DNA of 60,378 nucleotides from Proteromonas lacertae (Eukaryota), in assembly GCA_002245135.1 (NCBI GenBank), contig NGBS01000005.1, positions 186,001-246,378 on the forward strand, in the 5' to 3' direction. The position numbers and the translations under genes are program-made. Position 1 is the first letter of the stretch, and every line of letters starts with the position of its first letter. Shown here in pieces: positions 25,817 through 40,422 of the stretch. Under the pieces are notes generated by a model. The model ran no database searches. It saw only the letters and a list, made by a program, of their open reading frames with translations, and was not told the origin of the DNA.

Positions 25817-28800
25817 TTAACTATTTGAATTGGTAGTTGTATTCTTTTGAGTAAGAACAGTAGGAGTAATTGAAATTGATGTTTGAGGTGCTTTGGTTGA
25901 TGCTATTCCAGAAGTTCTATTTGAATAACTACCAAGATTTTTTTCACTATTTATAGACATTCTTGACTTTGAAGCAGAAGAGAAATTGTTTGTCTGTAGA
26001 TAAAATACATCTCCTGCTGATATTGTGCATAACCCAACATCACCTACTTCAAATACATTTGGTCTTAATTTAAATCTACCTCTCATCACTCCTTTTCTTG
26101 CAATACTTCTACTTTGTTTGGAATTATTGGAATTTGAGCCTGATGACGATGATCCCATTGTTGTTGTGGTGAAATAATAAAAGAACAGTTTAAATTTTGC
26201 AGCAAATTGTAAAACTAAAACAGCTATTACACATAATTCTACACCTATTCCTCTTAACATCATTAAAGTATCTGGTTGTTTAGCCATCATTAGATTCAAT
26301 GGAATTTCTAATATTCCAACAATAACTATTAAATTATATAAATAATAAATATAATATACTCATTATTCCTATTATTGAGGCTAATGTCTTTGATTCATTG
26401 AATTCGGATGAAGCTTTTCTTGTTTTCCATGCTAATCTTGCACCAAATAAGAATATCACTATTACTACACCAATTTCGATAAATGTAAATATATCATTTT
26501 CAGTACACTCTCTAATATAAACATCTTCTAAATAATTTGAATAATCTACACTATAGGTTTCAGTATAAACTGACGGATCTATTACCCACCAGACTGTCAA
26601 ATAGATTATTTGAACTAATTCTATTCCACCAATAATCTCCAATAACATAACATTCGATATTTTTACTTTCTTCATTTCTTTATTATTAAATAACTTGTGT
26701 ATTCTCCACGCTTTACATAACAATATTCCAAATAAGAAATCAACTGATAAAGCTACTAGCCACACTCTTAATGCACAAATCACATCATTTGGAGCTATTG
26801 TGAATATAAATCCAGACACACTTAATGCTATTAATGATACTAATGTGTAAGACAAAAATAAAGGTGAAGATGCTTTGATTATTTTCAAATGTCGGTAACT
26901 TAAGTACACCAACTAAAGCAGCAATACATATTAGAATCAATATTATCATTAAAACCATTACCAAGATTTTCAACGCTTCATTTGTCTCAAATAATACTTT
27001 ATCTTTTCCCAATTCACATTCAGAATTCTTCATATATGTCATTTGAGGTTCTAATATTTCTTCTTTTCCTTGACTTGGATAAACTTTAGATAATCGACCA
27101 CTCATTATTCTGAATAAATAAATTGGTTTTGTTGCATGATTGTTATATTTAATAGCCAAATTTCCACTCGGACTCTTGAAAGATACATACTTTATACTCA
27201 ATAGTTTATATCTTTTACTTGGCCATTGTTTTGTATCTTTCAACCCTTCTTGTTCAGCTGCATATTCAATCCCAGATTTCCATAAATATAACGAGGAATA
27301 ACTCACTTCATACATCTCATTCAAACTAATTGCATTTTGGAAATACGATTTCACTGTTTGGATAAATGCTTCTGCTTCAGTTGTAGTTAATGAATCGGTA
27401 AAGGATGTTGTTATATAATTACCCAGATATTTCATTTAAGTTTTCTTTATCAAAATCAGATTCATCATAATTTAATATTACAAATATAAAAGAGGACTTG
27501 GAGATTCCTGAGTTTTTAAAACGCTTCATACATTCATTATTATCTTTTCCTCGGAATAAATTAATTATAGCGAATGATTTGTATGTCAACGCAAGCGAAG
27601 TTAAACTATCATAAAGTTGAGAATATGAATTATCATTATATGGTGATAAAAAGTATTCTCCTATATATTCCATTGATTTACCATTAATATATTTTTTTAT
27701 ATAATCAGCTACTACTGATGTTGAATTATCAGTATTACCAAGCACGAATAAATAAGTAGTACCAATTGATTCTAAATAGTTTATTGTTCCTTCGATCTTC
27801 TGATTTATTGACATTCCCATCGACACTATTGAAGGTGCACATAAATTACCATCATCTGTACCAAGGAAGAAGAATTGAAAATCACTATCAACTGCACTTA
27901 TATATCGATAAACTTCATCTCGACATTTGGAACTCATACATCCAAATAAACCAACTGCATCTGTTTCTTGATCTATTGTTCTAACTGTTGAATATATCTT
28001 ACTTTGAGTTATGAAATAATGTTTAGCTATAATCTTTCTTCCATTTATACCTCCTTCTGAATTGATTTTTTCAATTGTCATATCTTGAATTAATAGATTT
28101 TGTTGTTCGGATTTACCACCTAAATCTATTTCATGTAAAAATGCAGTATGTATTGGATTTATATCAAATTTCTCGGATTTTTTGGTTTTCCAATCACAAT
28201 TAAAACCAACATCATCTCCTTCGATTTGATTATATACATCTGCTTCGACGGATTTCGAAGGCATCCAGTTTATATATATTTCATTATTCTCAGTTATATA
28301 ACCACTATATATATTTCTTTTGAAGAAATGATTAACTGCTAATTCGATACTTCCACTTGGAACATCTAATTGATAGTCATATTTAAATTCTACTTCTTTT
28401 GGATTTATTGAATTAGAATTTTGACAGATATTCTTCCAATATAATAATAATGCATAAGCACTTTCATATTGAGTTCTTATTTTCATTTCATCACCTATAT
28501 GAACATGTAATCCTTGAGAAAATACGGAAGCTAAAATTGGTATTGATACAGATGAAAGATCTTTAGATCTGGATTGATTCAAAATAACTACCAATCACTA
28601 TATGTCCAGATAAATACTTTGATTCTAAATCATTGAAGATATTTTCATCAAATAAAGTATTATAAACGGTATATTTTGGATATGTTAAACCTAATTCATA
28701 CATCGCTTTATAAAAATGAATGTAATATTCTTTACTTTCAAAAGTTGCTATTATATAACCACCATTTGGTATTGCTTGTTGAATTGTTCTAAGTTGAATA

Positions 28801-31800
28801 TTTGTCTTTTTCAAATCATATTCAATATTACCCATCAATAATACATTCGTATAACTCATTCTTGCTTGAATCATATCATTTACATATATTGTATAATTAG
28901 ATGGAGAATATACTGTTATCGCTGAAGTTGTATCTTCTAAGATTCTTCTTATTGTTATTGCAGCTATTTGACTTGGATGTAATTCACTTACTATTACATT
29001 CTTTGGACATACTTCACTGTATGTATGACCACAAAAGAAGAATAGCTTGTCTTTTTCTTTCATTTCATTCACTATTATTGGATAATCATCTGGATTATAT
29101 CCACCAAATATATAATCTATTCCATCTTTTTCTATTTCTTCGAATATTGATTTATAGTTTTTTGGATCAGATTTTACATCATATAATTTATAATACAATT
29201 GATAAGTAAGTAATTGCTCATAAGTATTTAAATATGTTATACCAGCTAGAATTGAATCAAATATTGGCTTTTCTAAAGGTGCTTGATTGCCAGTAAGTGA
29301 TAAAACTATTCCAATGGTATAAGTCGGCATTGACTTTCCATTTCCTATTGTTAAATCATTGAAATTACACATATAATAATTACCATCACTTGTCATTGAA
29401 AATGCTTTTGGATAATGCATTGTTTTAGCATCATACACCAACTTCCATTCATTATTCTTATTTTTATATGATATTTTCATTATTCTTCCTAAATATTGAT
29501 TTACTCCATATCCTACTAATCCTTCGGGTAATTCCATTGCTTCTTGATTTATTAACTCTTTTCGAACTTCTTTTTTGCTAAAGGTCTTTGTATTATCAAC
29601 TGCTTTTGCCCATAGTTTGATTGCAGAATATAATCCAGATAGAATATCATTTATGTATACTTCATTTCGATTTAATCTTTGATAAACATTATTAACAAAT
29701 TCTTTATTAAGTTCACTTTCATCTTCTCTATAATAACTCTGAATTACTTCATAATCATTATATTTCGACAATAATATAGCAGATGTTGGATCTGCTACAA
29801 TTATATGAATATGATTTTCATTCAATTGCTCAGCTTTTAGTTTATCAATTAAAAAATCATAATCCTCTAGATATCCACTAAAGAGTATACATACAAAAGT
29901 ATCTTCTTTTAATGAATCTTTTATTCTTTTTATCTGTTTTGAAATTTCATCTTTTGATTTAGCTACAACTGATATTTCATTAAAACTTTTCAAATATTCA
30001 TTTATATAATCTCCTGATTCAGAATCAATTTCTTTAGGAAAAGCTATTAAAAACTCATCATAATTTCTATTTCTTAACACATTTAAAGCTGAATCATATA
30101 AACTAATATGATCATTTGAAGTAAATAAAAACTCTTCACAACTCCCGATTGGATATTTAAATACATTGAATATTAGTATATCATTTGCTTTTGCATAATT
30201 ACTTATTCTATCTATACATTTTATACTATCTCCCAAAAATATAACTTTTGGATTATATACACCGATAATTCTAACCATCTCGTCACCACAGTTTTCTAAA
30301 TCAGATAATATATCATAAACAGCTGTTTCTAATTCTATTCCATTTACTCCACCATTATTATTTATTTCTTCTATTGCCATTTTGAATATATCTATTTCAC
30401 CTTTATTTAATTCACCTAATTCGCCAGATAGAGATGAAGCTAATAATACTCTTTCAGCTTCTATTAGAATATTGACTATTATTAACTGATGGAGCAAATG
30501 AACACATCATTCTAAAAGTCTCAGGAATATCCCAACTCCAAGGTCTTGGATCTACATACTTTTGTTTTGAATATGCTAATGAGAATTTTCCATTAGAGTC
30601 AAATTTACCAATATAAAACGGAGATGCTGGATAATGACTTGGATCAAATGAAAATTCACCTAAAGCATCATGTGTATTAACTTCTAACAGCTTCTCTCTT
30701 ACTACATCAGTATCAAATGATTTGGCTGCTTTTACTGCTTCTAACCACATCTTTATACCAAAATTTGCTGTATTTGTCAGTGATGTTGGTTCTGTTATAT
30801 AAGCATAATTATTCACAACTTTCTTAAATTCATCATTTGATTCAGATTCAATTACTCCAAAATATTCAGCTACTAGAAATACATTTTCTATGAATTCAGC
30901 TCTAAAAGGTTCATATTTTCCTATTTGAGATCTTGTATCAATAAACATATATTTATTCTTATCATAAGCAAGTTCATTCACTGCAATTAAAAACTTCTTC
31001 AATACATTTGTATCACTGATTGTGAATAATACTAAACCACCTCCATCCATTTTATCAATTAAAGATTTTATCCTATCATTTTCTACTCCTACTGATGAAT
31101 CAATTACATAAGCTCCTTTATAAAAATACATACCTCCACCTTGAGATTCGGCTATTGTTGATATTATTGTACAATCTTCTTTATCTTCAGTAATTGATAC
31201 AAAATTAGAAACTACTTCATCAGATATAAAATATTCTAATATTTGAGGAATATATTGATTTGGAGTTGGTCCTAAATAGAATGTATCATAATCACATTCT
31301 TGACCATAAAATCTATCAACATAGAAGAACAGAATATGATGTTTCTTACACACTTTTTGAGCTATTTCTTTACATTCTATATCTGTACATCCTATTGTCA
31401 TTTTCAAATCAAATTCTGTAATTTTTGAATTTAGATCCTCTTCATATAAACCCAAATCAGGATTATAATCAACTAAAATAGGTAACACTATTTTATCTAA
31501 TATGACTCCTTCTTCTAATTGTTTATGTAAAGCAGATAAAGCACCATATAACGATTTTTTATGCAAATCTTTTCTAACTCCATTTAAATCAAATATTAAG
31601 CCAACAGTAATATATTCATATTCATCATACACACCATTTTCTATATCACATTTCTGTAAATTTGTTCTTTGAAATAGAGTCAAAAATCCATTATTTACAA
31701 CTGGAAAAGAGTATTCATAATCAGAAGTTAATACCGCATCACCATCAGTAGAAAATGTTCTAGTTAAAATTTTAAAAGAACCATCAACATGATTATTACT

Positions 31801-34800
31801 TCGAAACATTATATCACTCATTACTGTCTCTACACTTGTTTTATAAACTAAGGATCTATATGCATCTCTATCAAATGATCCTTTTATCTTTAATAATTGA
31901 CATACATGATCTAAAGAACCATATCCTCTCAACACTGGCATAGATATATCTTTAAACATTGTTAATCTTGGGCGATATTCATTCTTTAGTTTTTCTATTA
32001 TTTTCTTAGATTCTTCATCATTTGTATTTTCACTATCAACATAAAAATGACCAACGAATTTATCACCTAAACTGTCACATTGTTGTTGATTTAAACCAGT
32101 ACTTAATGATACATATTCAGGAGGTTTCATATCTAATTTATCCATCACTTCTATTAATGATTGAGCAGATCCACCTTCTACCATTGATACAATCAAAGCA
32201 CCATTTCCTGTTTTTCTTTGAATCAATGATAATATACTTTCCAAATCAGTATATCCAAGAGGAATATCTAATTCATAATCAAATTTCTCATCAAACATTT
32301 CTAAATCTTCTTTTATTCTATTAGATAATGTCTCAGAATATAGTGTTCTTGAGTATATTAAAACATTCTTATCTTTCTTATGATCTCTTATCCAGTATGA
32401 TAATATAGAATAGGAATTTGTTGGTAAACCATAATAAAAGCTACTTGGTAAACATTCACTACCTTCATAATCATTTGTAGTTAATAATGTTCCATTAAAC
32501 TGAGTTATTGCTTCATTAATTGCTATTCTTATTTTTTTTTCCCATCCACCAAAGTAATACGTTATACCGTACTTATCATACATATCTTTTATTCTTTCTT
32601 TCACAGTTTCTTCATCATCTCCATCTGTTATTACATGTAATAGAATCTTTTTACCATTTACTCCTCCATTATTATTATAATCATAAATACCCATTTCTAA
32701 TCCAGATAATAATCTCAGAGAAGATTGAAAATATTGATCTTTGTATGGAAGTATTACTCCAAACATAACAGTTTCAACCAAATATTTTTCTCCTAAACCA
32801 TCTCTTCTATTACATTCATATAATTCATCAGTATTGAATTCTAAATAATATGGATCTGGTTCAAATGATTGGGTAATAATATCATAAAAATTAACATAGC
32901 CAGTTTCATTTATTCTACCAACAAATGATGGTAAAGTTAATCGATTATTTACTGCAAATGTAATATTCCCTAAAATATTTGATGTTGTTGTTTCATAAAG
33001 TTGTTTTCTAATATCTTCTGATTCAAATGCATCACTATCTCTCAGTACTCTTGCTAGATGGAATGTTACTGCATAAACATTTGCATCATTAAATGTGGGA
33101 TACACTTCATAACCTCCTGACTTTTGATATACTTCAACATATTTTAGATTTTCATCATCAATATCAGGAATAAATGATGTGATTACATAATTACCTTCTC
33201 CGATTTCTTTTTTAAAATGAGTATTTGACTGATCAAATAAATATACAGTATACTTTTTACTACATTCTTCTCTTGATTCAAACTTCCCACATATTTTCCT
33301 ATCATAAGTTTCAAAGAATATTTCTGATTGTTTTGATGTAAAAAAAGCAACAATTTTACCTCCTGTTTTCATTAAAAAGTATGAACTTACTATACAATCT
33401 GCCATACTCTTTTCAAAATCTGTTGTACCTACTTTACAAGCAACTGAAATTTCTATATTAAAAGCATCCAACATTGATTTTAGTATTTTTACTCTACTAT
33501 CATAAGATCCATCATCACAATAGATTATTGACACCTTACTTCGACTTAATGATGATAAATACAATCCAAATGTATATATTTCTTGATTTGGTGTTACAGT
33601 TGAATAGTAAATTGTATCTTCACAAGAATCACCAACAGAATTTGAAGTATAAAAGAATAAAATACTACTACTTGCGAGTGAAGGAACTATGTAATTCTTA
33701 GTTTGGGAATTACATCCACCAATTATCAAATCAATTCCTCTCTGTTGTAATCTAATTATAAGGTCAGATGCAGTTTCTTGAGATGATGGACAATCATGTA
33801 ATTCGGTTCTTATATATCTATTCTTAATAGCAGATTCATCATTCAATTGAGATCTTAATTGAATAATGGAATTGTAAGTCCAAAAATAATGTTCATATTC
33901 AATATTGGTTATATCTAAAATATAGGCAATTCCAACTGTTTCGATTTCTTCCATTACTTTGGTTGGTGTAACTGAATAATCACTATCTACATAAATATTA
34001 TCATGAAGTAAATATAAAAATGGTTCTGGCATTATTGGATTTTCAATTGCACTATAAAAAACATCAGTACCATTCTTTATCACGTATGTATAAAATGGAA
34101 AACTCATATAATTATTCTTAAATAATGTTGTTTTACCTATTGGTGAGGAAACTGGATGAGAATAGAAATAGCTCTTTAAACTATAATCATTATTTTTATT
34201 AATTCCATCGCTAATTGCACTTCTCATCATTATTAGAGAGATATATAATGCTAAATGAACATTATTAATTATTGTATTAGCATCTCCTTTATATGTATCC
34301 ACATATTTCTTTAAGTTGTTATTCTCCGTATTGTCTACATCTACATTATAAACTGTAGTATAGTATATTCCTTCTGCATTTGTTCTATTTTTGAACATTG
34401 ACCCTATGTAATCACACACATACATTGGTAATGTATGATCACGATAATTACCATTAAATGTAGAAATCAATATTTCTGTATAATCAATTACAGCTGTATA
34501 CATAAAGAATCTATCATAATCATTGCCTGTTATATTATGTATTCTTTCAGTTACATTTTCCCAATCATCACTAGATGGATCTACTCCAATTCCTTCTACT
34601 CTTCCTTTCATTGATTCTCCTAATGCTTTCATATATCTGAATGTATTTACAGAATCTCTATATATAAATAAAACATATAGTTATACTCATTGTTTAATAA
34701 ATAAACAAATATAATTGTTTGATTTCTAGACAGTTGATCTATCATATTAGATTCTAATCTTTGATTTGATATTGAATTAATCATCAATATATTCTCATAT

Positions 34801-37550
34801 GAAACTTCTCCACCAGACGGAGTTAAAGAAAATAATAATTTCTTTTGATCTACTAATATATCAGCTAATGTATCTCTTTCTTCTTTTGTTTGAGTACCAC
34901 AATAACATAAAATATTATTACTATCTTTACCCAATTCTTTTACTGTATCTTGCAATTCTTTCATTGAAGTATAATGAATATATTCAGGTATTATTTCTCT
35001 TCCATTTATTCCACCATCTTGGTTAACTATATCAAATATATAAGAAAAATAATCCATTAATTCACTATCAGCAGTTGAATGTCTATTATAAACCATTACT
35101 ACCTTATATGTTTTGAAATCAGTTATTGGCATTTCACCATCTTTATATTCACAAGTTTTTGTCTTGTTGTAAAAAGCATAAACTCTATTATTGGTTACTT
35201 GGTCTAAAAGATTAACTGATCTTATACTACTTACATTTTTTATTTGAAAAACTCCTAATTTACCTAAAGCATAGCCATTGTAATAAATTTCATATTGATC
35301 AAAAGCTGGATTTTTGACTGCTTGATGAAAAAAATAATCTTTATAATCTGATGGTAATAACGATGATGATGATTCAATTGACTATACAATATTAACATAA
35401 TTATATAAATATTATACTTGAACAATCAATGAAAATAGATTATGAATCAAAGCAATTTGTTGAAACAATGGAATATTTCTACTTGTATATTTTTTCATAT
35501 AATTTCTAAATGGATCTAAAACTGATGATTCCATCTCATTATTACTATGTGCAAGGAATATAGTATCCGTAAATGCAAATCTTCTATTATCTTTTCTATA
35601 CTCATCCACAGTAAGTTCATCTAATAAATATGCAATTGTTGTAAAATTATTTTCGAAAGTCATTCCTTTTTCATATAAAACTGGTATTAATACATCAAAA
35701 AATGACTTCTTAACAACTAACACCACAGCTGTTCTATTATATTCACCAACTGGCATTTCACTGATTTGTTTAGTTATATTATTTGCTTCTTCTTTTGAAG
35801 CACTTAACATATCATAATATCCAATATTTTCTTTAGGATATCCTCTTGATTTTAATTCTTCTGTTAATATATTTCGACTAGTTTTACCAAAGAATAATGT
35901 CGCACCTACTATAAACACTCTATCATAATTATTCTCCATTATATATTGAGCTGTTAATGAAGAATATGAAGTTGCAATAAAATCACCAAATATCACATTC
36001 TTGAAACAATTTTCACCTGGAGTTTCACCTATATAAAAAATTTGAATATCATAATCATATAATGCATCTTTAAACTCTATCATCTTTTCATAATCAGATA
36101 CAATAAAGATAGTATGAAGTTCAATTGTGTTGTATAAATCTAATATTTGTTCTACTAAAATACTTGTTTCTTTGCTTACATCCAAAATCAATTGAGTAGC
36201 TTTTCTTCCTATTACCATACCCTATCAAACAATAATAATAATAAAGTAAATATACAGCTTCAGACATCATTTTGTCAATATATAAACGAATTAGCTTGTT
36301 TTTGTAAGTAGACATATCTAATATAAAACCAATTGGTAATGCTGTAATTGTTGATATTCCTGTGTTTGGATTAGTCTTGAAATTACATGTTGTTGTTTCA
36401 ATTGAACCATAATATTCATTAACTCCAAAATCAAGATCATATGGGATTGTGAATGTTGGAGTCATTACTGAATTTGCATATCTAGATATTGTAAAAGATA
36501 ATGTAATGTAATGATTAGGCAATATATATAAATCACCACCTGGATAGGGTAATGGTTTATTATAAAGTAATGGTAGAAGTGAACTGATTTTGGTTGTTTC
36601 ATATTTACGGTTTATCTCAAGAAACCCATCTAATATACCAGCTACTAAAGCATATTCATATCCTGATGCATCAGCGAATAAAGTAGGATAAGCAGATTTG
36701 TATTTTGTTGTAGAATTAAAATCTTCTTTACCAGTATAACCACTGACAAAGTAATTACCTGGATTCTTACTTAGCATTGTTGATTCTAAAAGCTTTATTA
36801 AACTCAAAGATCCAGGTATATAGATTAGAGGATACCTGTCTACACTAGTGCTTAAACCTGTTATTTTTGCATCTCTCTTGGTTAATAAAGTATTTAGTTT
36901 TGTTTCATCATTTATTATCACTAATGTGGCAACCTGACCATAACTAGTATTAACAGTAGCATCCAGATATTCATCCATTATAGCATCAGTAAGTGTCTCG
37001 TTTGATGAATATATTATATTTCCTCCAAATAAACTGGCTGTTGATACAATCCTATCCATATAAAAGTTATTCAACTCTTTATCACCTTCTCCATCAAAAA
37101 GAATACTAAAATATCCTCCAAAACTAACTCCAACAGGTGTAAGTACTATTTAAAAAAAAAGCAAGAATAATATATACTTCCTTCAATAAAAGGTATAATT
37201 GACACTCCACTAATGATATTCTTCGAGCATCTTCCAACACTGTACGTGTTAGTGCATACAACTAATACCTTACCTTCAGTTAAAATGCTGGATTTCGAAT
37301 TATACAAATTGTTATCACACGTCATTAAGACTATATCACCTTTTTTTTCTACAGCTTCCTTCAATTCTGTATCATAACCTTCAGAATCACTGGACTGTAC
37401 AATATCTATTTCTATTCCATCGGTATTTCTACCATATGGCTCTAAGAAGTCTTTGTATATACTAGCAGCTCTATCTCCGATATATACTAAAGTCAAACAG
37501 TAAACACTGCTTAAAAACACCAAGTAAAGTAGTAACAACCCTTTTATCAT
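25817..37550 (-). CDS. Giant class C (7tm_3, GABA-B/mGluR-like) GPCR with nine tandem UrtA/AmiC-like periplasmic-binding domains; four apparent +1 frameshifts
   Basis: Signal peptide MIKGLLLLYLVFLSSVYC. Repeats contain AIEEINNNGGVNG, LFGCMSS, YEGSEC and GPTPNQ. 7TM motifs IIKASSPLF, C..RVW, KAWRIHKLF and EFNESK. Five GT-AG introns. Confidence 0.85.
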
Positions 37551-37878
37551 TTATAAAAGAAAACGATATAACGATAAGAAAGCTTGACTTGAGTTTAAAT
37601 AGAACTTCTATACTTCATTTATATTTTTATCATGCCTTATTCTTAATATTAGATTTAACCAAAATTTCTCTAGATAGAAATATTGACTATTCATTAGCCG
37701 AGCAGGTAGTTGATTGATAGCACTTACTATTTTTGAAAATTTAATCAAATCATTGTCTGTTTATAAAAGTACTAGAATTCTGTTAAAATACACTTCTGAA
37801 TGTATGAAACTTTTATTGCTTGGATAAAAATTATTGAATAAACAGAATAAAAAAAATCTATAATAACAAACAAAATGA

Positions 37879-38410
37879 TTATAATAATACTCTTAATATA
37901 TTTAATGCTCTAGTTTTTCTGATTCTCTGAAGTTTTTTCTCATCATCTGAAGCATCTTCTGGCAAAGATTCTTCTTTTTCTATTTCTCGTGATTTTTCTA
38001 TACATTCATTTCTACTTTTCCCTTTTAAACCCTCTATATATTCTAAAAGCAACTTAAATTCTGGTTTTGTTATTCTTCTTGGATCAAACATGTGTTGTAA
38101 CAAATAAACCTACTTAACAATAATCACATTTATAAGTTACTATACTTGTCTGACTTTTTTAAACTTCCATTTTTCTTTTTCATAACACCATTCCCATAAA
38201 TATTGAATTGCTGGTGGTCGATCAACTGGATAACCATCAGGATGTTTTATTACACTATTATTTTATTATTAAATGTAATACACCTCAGTTTGACTATCAG
38301 CCTACAAAATAACCTAATTGAAATATATACTGTATTATTTACTTGTTTAACTTTGTTTCTCTATTCATTTGTAAAACAAAGAATACTTTATTTTTCTTCT
38401 CTTTATTCAT
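37879..38410 (-). CDS. WKF-domain protein (C7orf50/Rbp95-like), 5 exons
   Basis: AIQYLWEW...KWKFKKVRQVYLLQHMFD...LLEYIEGLKGKSR...RALNIL. Confidence 0.8.
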
Positions 38411-38891
38411 TTATTACTTTAAAATGAATAATTATATTGTTTCAAAATTATATTCGTTTTAATATTAAAATCTATAATGAAAATATTCTTTTAAACAAAT
38501 AACAAAAAAGAATCTACATCAAAAACTTAATTTTAAGTATATCTTTCTGCCCAACCATTTCATTTCATTTAGCTTTATTACAGATTGTTTCACACAAAGT
38601 ACTTGATTTTGAAAAATCCTAAATCAACAGTACTAATTATTAATTTTATTTATATTATTACATAAGCTGTAATGTATTAATTGCAACAATAATCTTCATT
38701 CTATGAACACTTCAACATCCCTAACTCTATTATAAACATAACGCACTTTGTATGTGCTTTTATCTTCATTTTTTATTATCCAAATTAAAAATATTTCCGT
38801 TATTACAGGTATAAATAGTCATATTTAAGAAATTTAAAAAGTACAAGTTTGATAATAATCAAGCCTACATTAAAAAAGTGAACTTTTTAAT

Positions 38892-40334
38892 ATGAGGAAG
38901 AAGTATCTTTTTATATTTTTCTTGATTATGCCTACTATTATGATTATTTTTACAGTTAAACTACCTAATATAGTGATAGATTTTACAAGAAAAGATGAAT
39001 TACAGAAACCCTCAAAAGATTCTCATTTAAATACAATAAAAAGTACAAATGGTAATGATTCTTGTATATTTCATTATAATAGCATGAGCGAGACTGAAAT
39101 TAAGCAATTCATTTCTAATTTAGAGAAAATAAATATATTATCTAATTACTGTTATGAAATATATTGTATTTTACCAGCAATAGGTGATGTAAAACAAGAT
39201 GAAGATGCATTCAGCATAAAAATTGTCAGATATATATACCCCAATCCTTTAGAATTTATACTGTTATTACCTATACATTTAGAAAATGATAAAAATGTGT
39301 TGTTTGATATAAATTCAAACTATTCTTATAGTAGTATAGCAGAATCAATTTCAATCTATTTTTCAATAAACCAAACAACTTATAAAACTAAGGAGATGGA
39401 TATATATTTATTATCAACCACTCATTTGAGATATATATGGACATATTATGGTTCAAAGCATTTTAAATCGAATATAGAAGAAATAATGAAAGATCCATTT
39501 ACATTCAGATATTATTATGAAAAGAATCCATTGAATAAATCAATAAATTATTTCACTAGATTCGATACAAATGAAACGTCTATATATCCGAATAATGAAG
39601 TTGGTATTATTGAAAGATTAAGATATAGAAATAATATAATTGTGCAAATGGAACATTATAAATTATATAAAAATCTAACAACCATTATATTTGGCCAGAA
39701 TAATCAATTCATTGATTATAGACCTATAATAAAAGAATATATGGATTTATATAATATATATTTAATATGGTGTAGTAATTTTAACAGTGGATTCTTTCTG
39801 ATGAGATTATTACATTTGTTATTAACTACTGAATATACAGTAATAATGGATGATGATTTTGTTTTAACTCCCAAAACTATCTCTTTATCAAAATATGCAA
39901 TAACAAAATACAATTGTATTATGAGTTTAAAAGGATTTCAACCATATAAAAGTTTTGAAGATAATTATAGTTATAGTGACAGTATACATGTGTGGTTTGT
40001 TCATACTCTATTTGGAGGTCAAATTGGTAAAACTGAAACTTTTAGTTATCCATTTCGAATGAAGTTACCGTATAAATTATGGGGAGATGATGTTGGTAAT
40101 GGACAAATAGGAGAAAGTCTGTATGGATTAAGGCAAATTATTATAAGAGGAAAGAATATAAAAATGATAATGTATAGAAGTGATAGAAAAACAAGAGAAT
40201 CGTATGTTAATCGTGTTAATTATAAACTTGGTCCAACTATATTATGTCCTTTCATATCGCATTGTTCAAAATTCAGAAACAATATAACAATGAATAAGAA
40301 ATGTTTTTTTCCAATTCCTAGTGTTTCGTATTAG
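38892..40334 (+). CDS. Intronless type II membrane protein, putative GT-A fold glycosyltransferase
   Basis: N-terminal signal anchor; NFNSGFFLMR, YTVIMDDD (DxD-like) and WGDD motifs. Confidence 0.55.
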   Translation: MRKKYLFIFFLIMPTIMIIFTVKLPNIVIDFTRKDELQKPSKDSHLNTIKSTNGNDSCIFHYNSMSETEIKQFISNLEKINILSNYCYEIYCILPAIGDVKQDEDAFSIKIVRYIYPNPLEFILLLPIHLENDKNVLFDINSNYSYSSIAESISIYFSINQTTYKTKEMDIYLLSTTHLRYIWTYYGSKHFKSNIEEIMKDPFTFRYYYEKNPLNKSINYFTRFDTNETSIYPNNEVGIIERLRYRNNIIVQMEHYKLYKNLTTIIFGQNNQFIDYRPIIKEYMDLYNIYLIWCSNFNSGFFLMRLLHLLLTTEYTVIMDDDFVLTPKTISLSKYAITKYNCIMSLKGFQPYKSFEDNYSYSDSIHVWFVHTLFGGQIGKTETFSYPFRMKLPYKLWGDDVGNGQIGESLYGLRQIIIRGKNIKMIMYRSDRKTRESYVNRVNYKLGPTILCPFISHCSKFRNNITMNKKCFFPIPSVSY

Positions 40335-40422
40335 TTAATTTAATAATTTTTCTTTAACAATGTGTATTTATAACAGCAATTCCAAAATACTAAAATAATA
40401 GTCGTTTCAAAAATAAAAGATA

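Noticed and set aside
27766..35026. Plus-strand ORFs opposite the GPCR, and similar antisense ORFs elsewhere (e.g. 15174-15515, 45996-46346, 50998-51324)
   Set aside because: Shadow ORFs of real coding strands, with biased composition and no motifs
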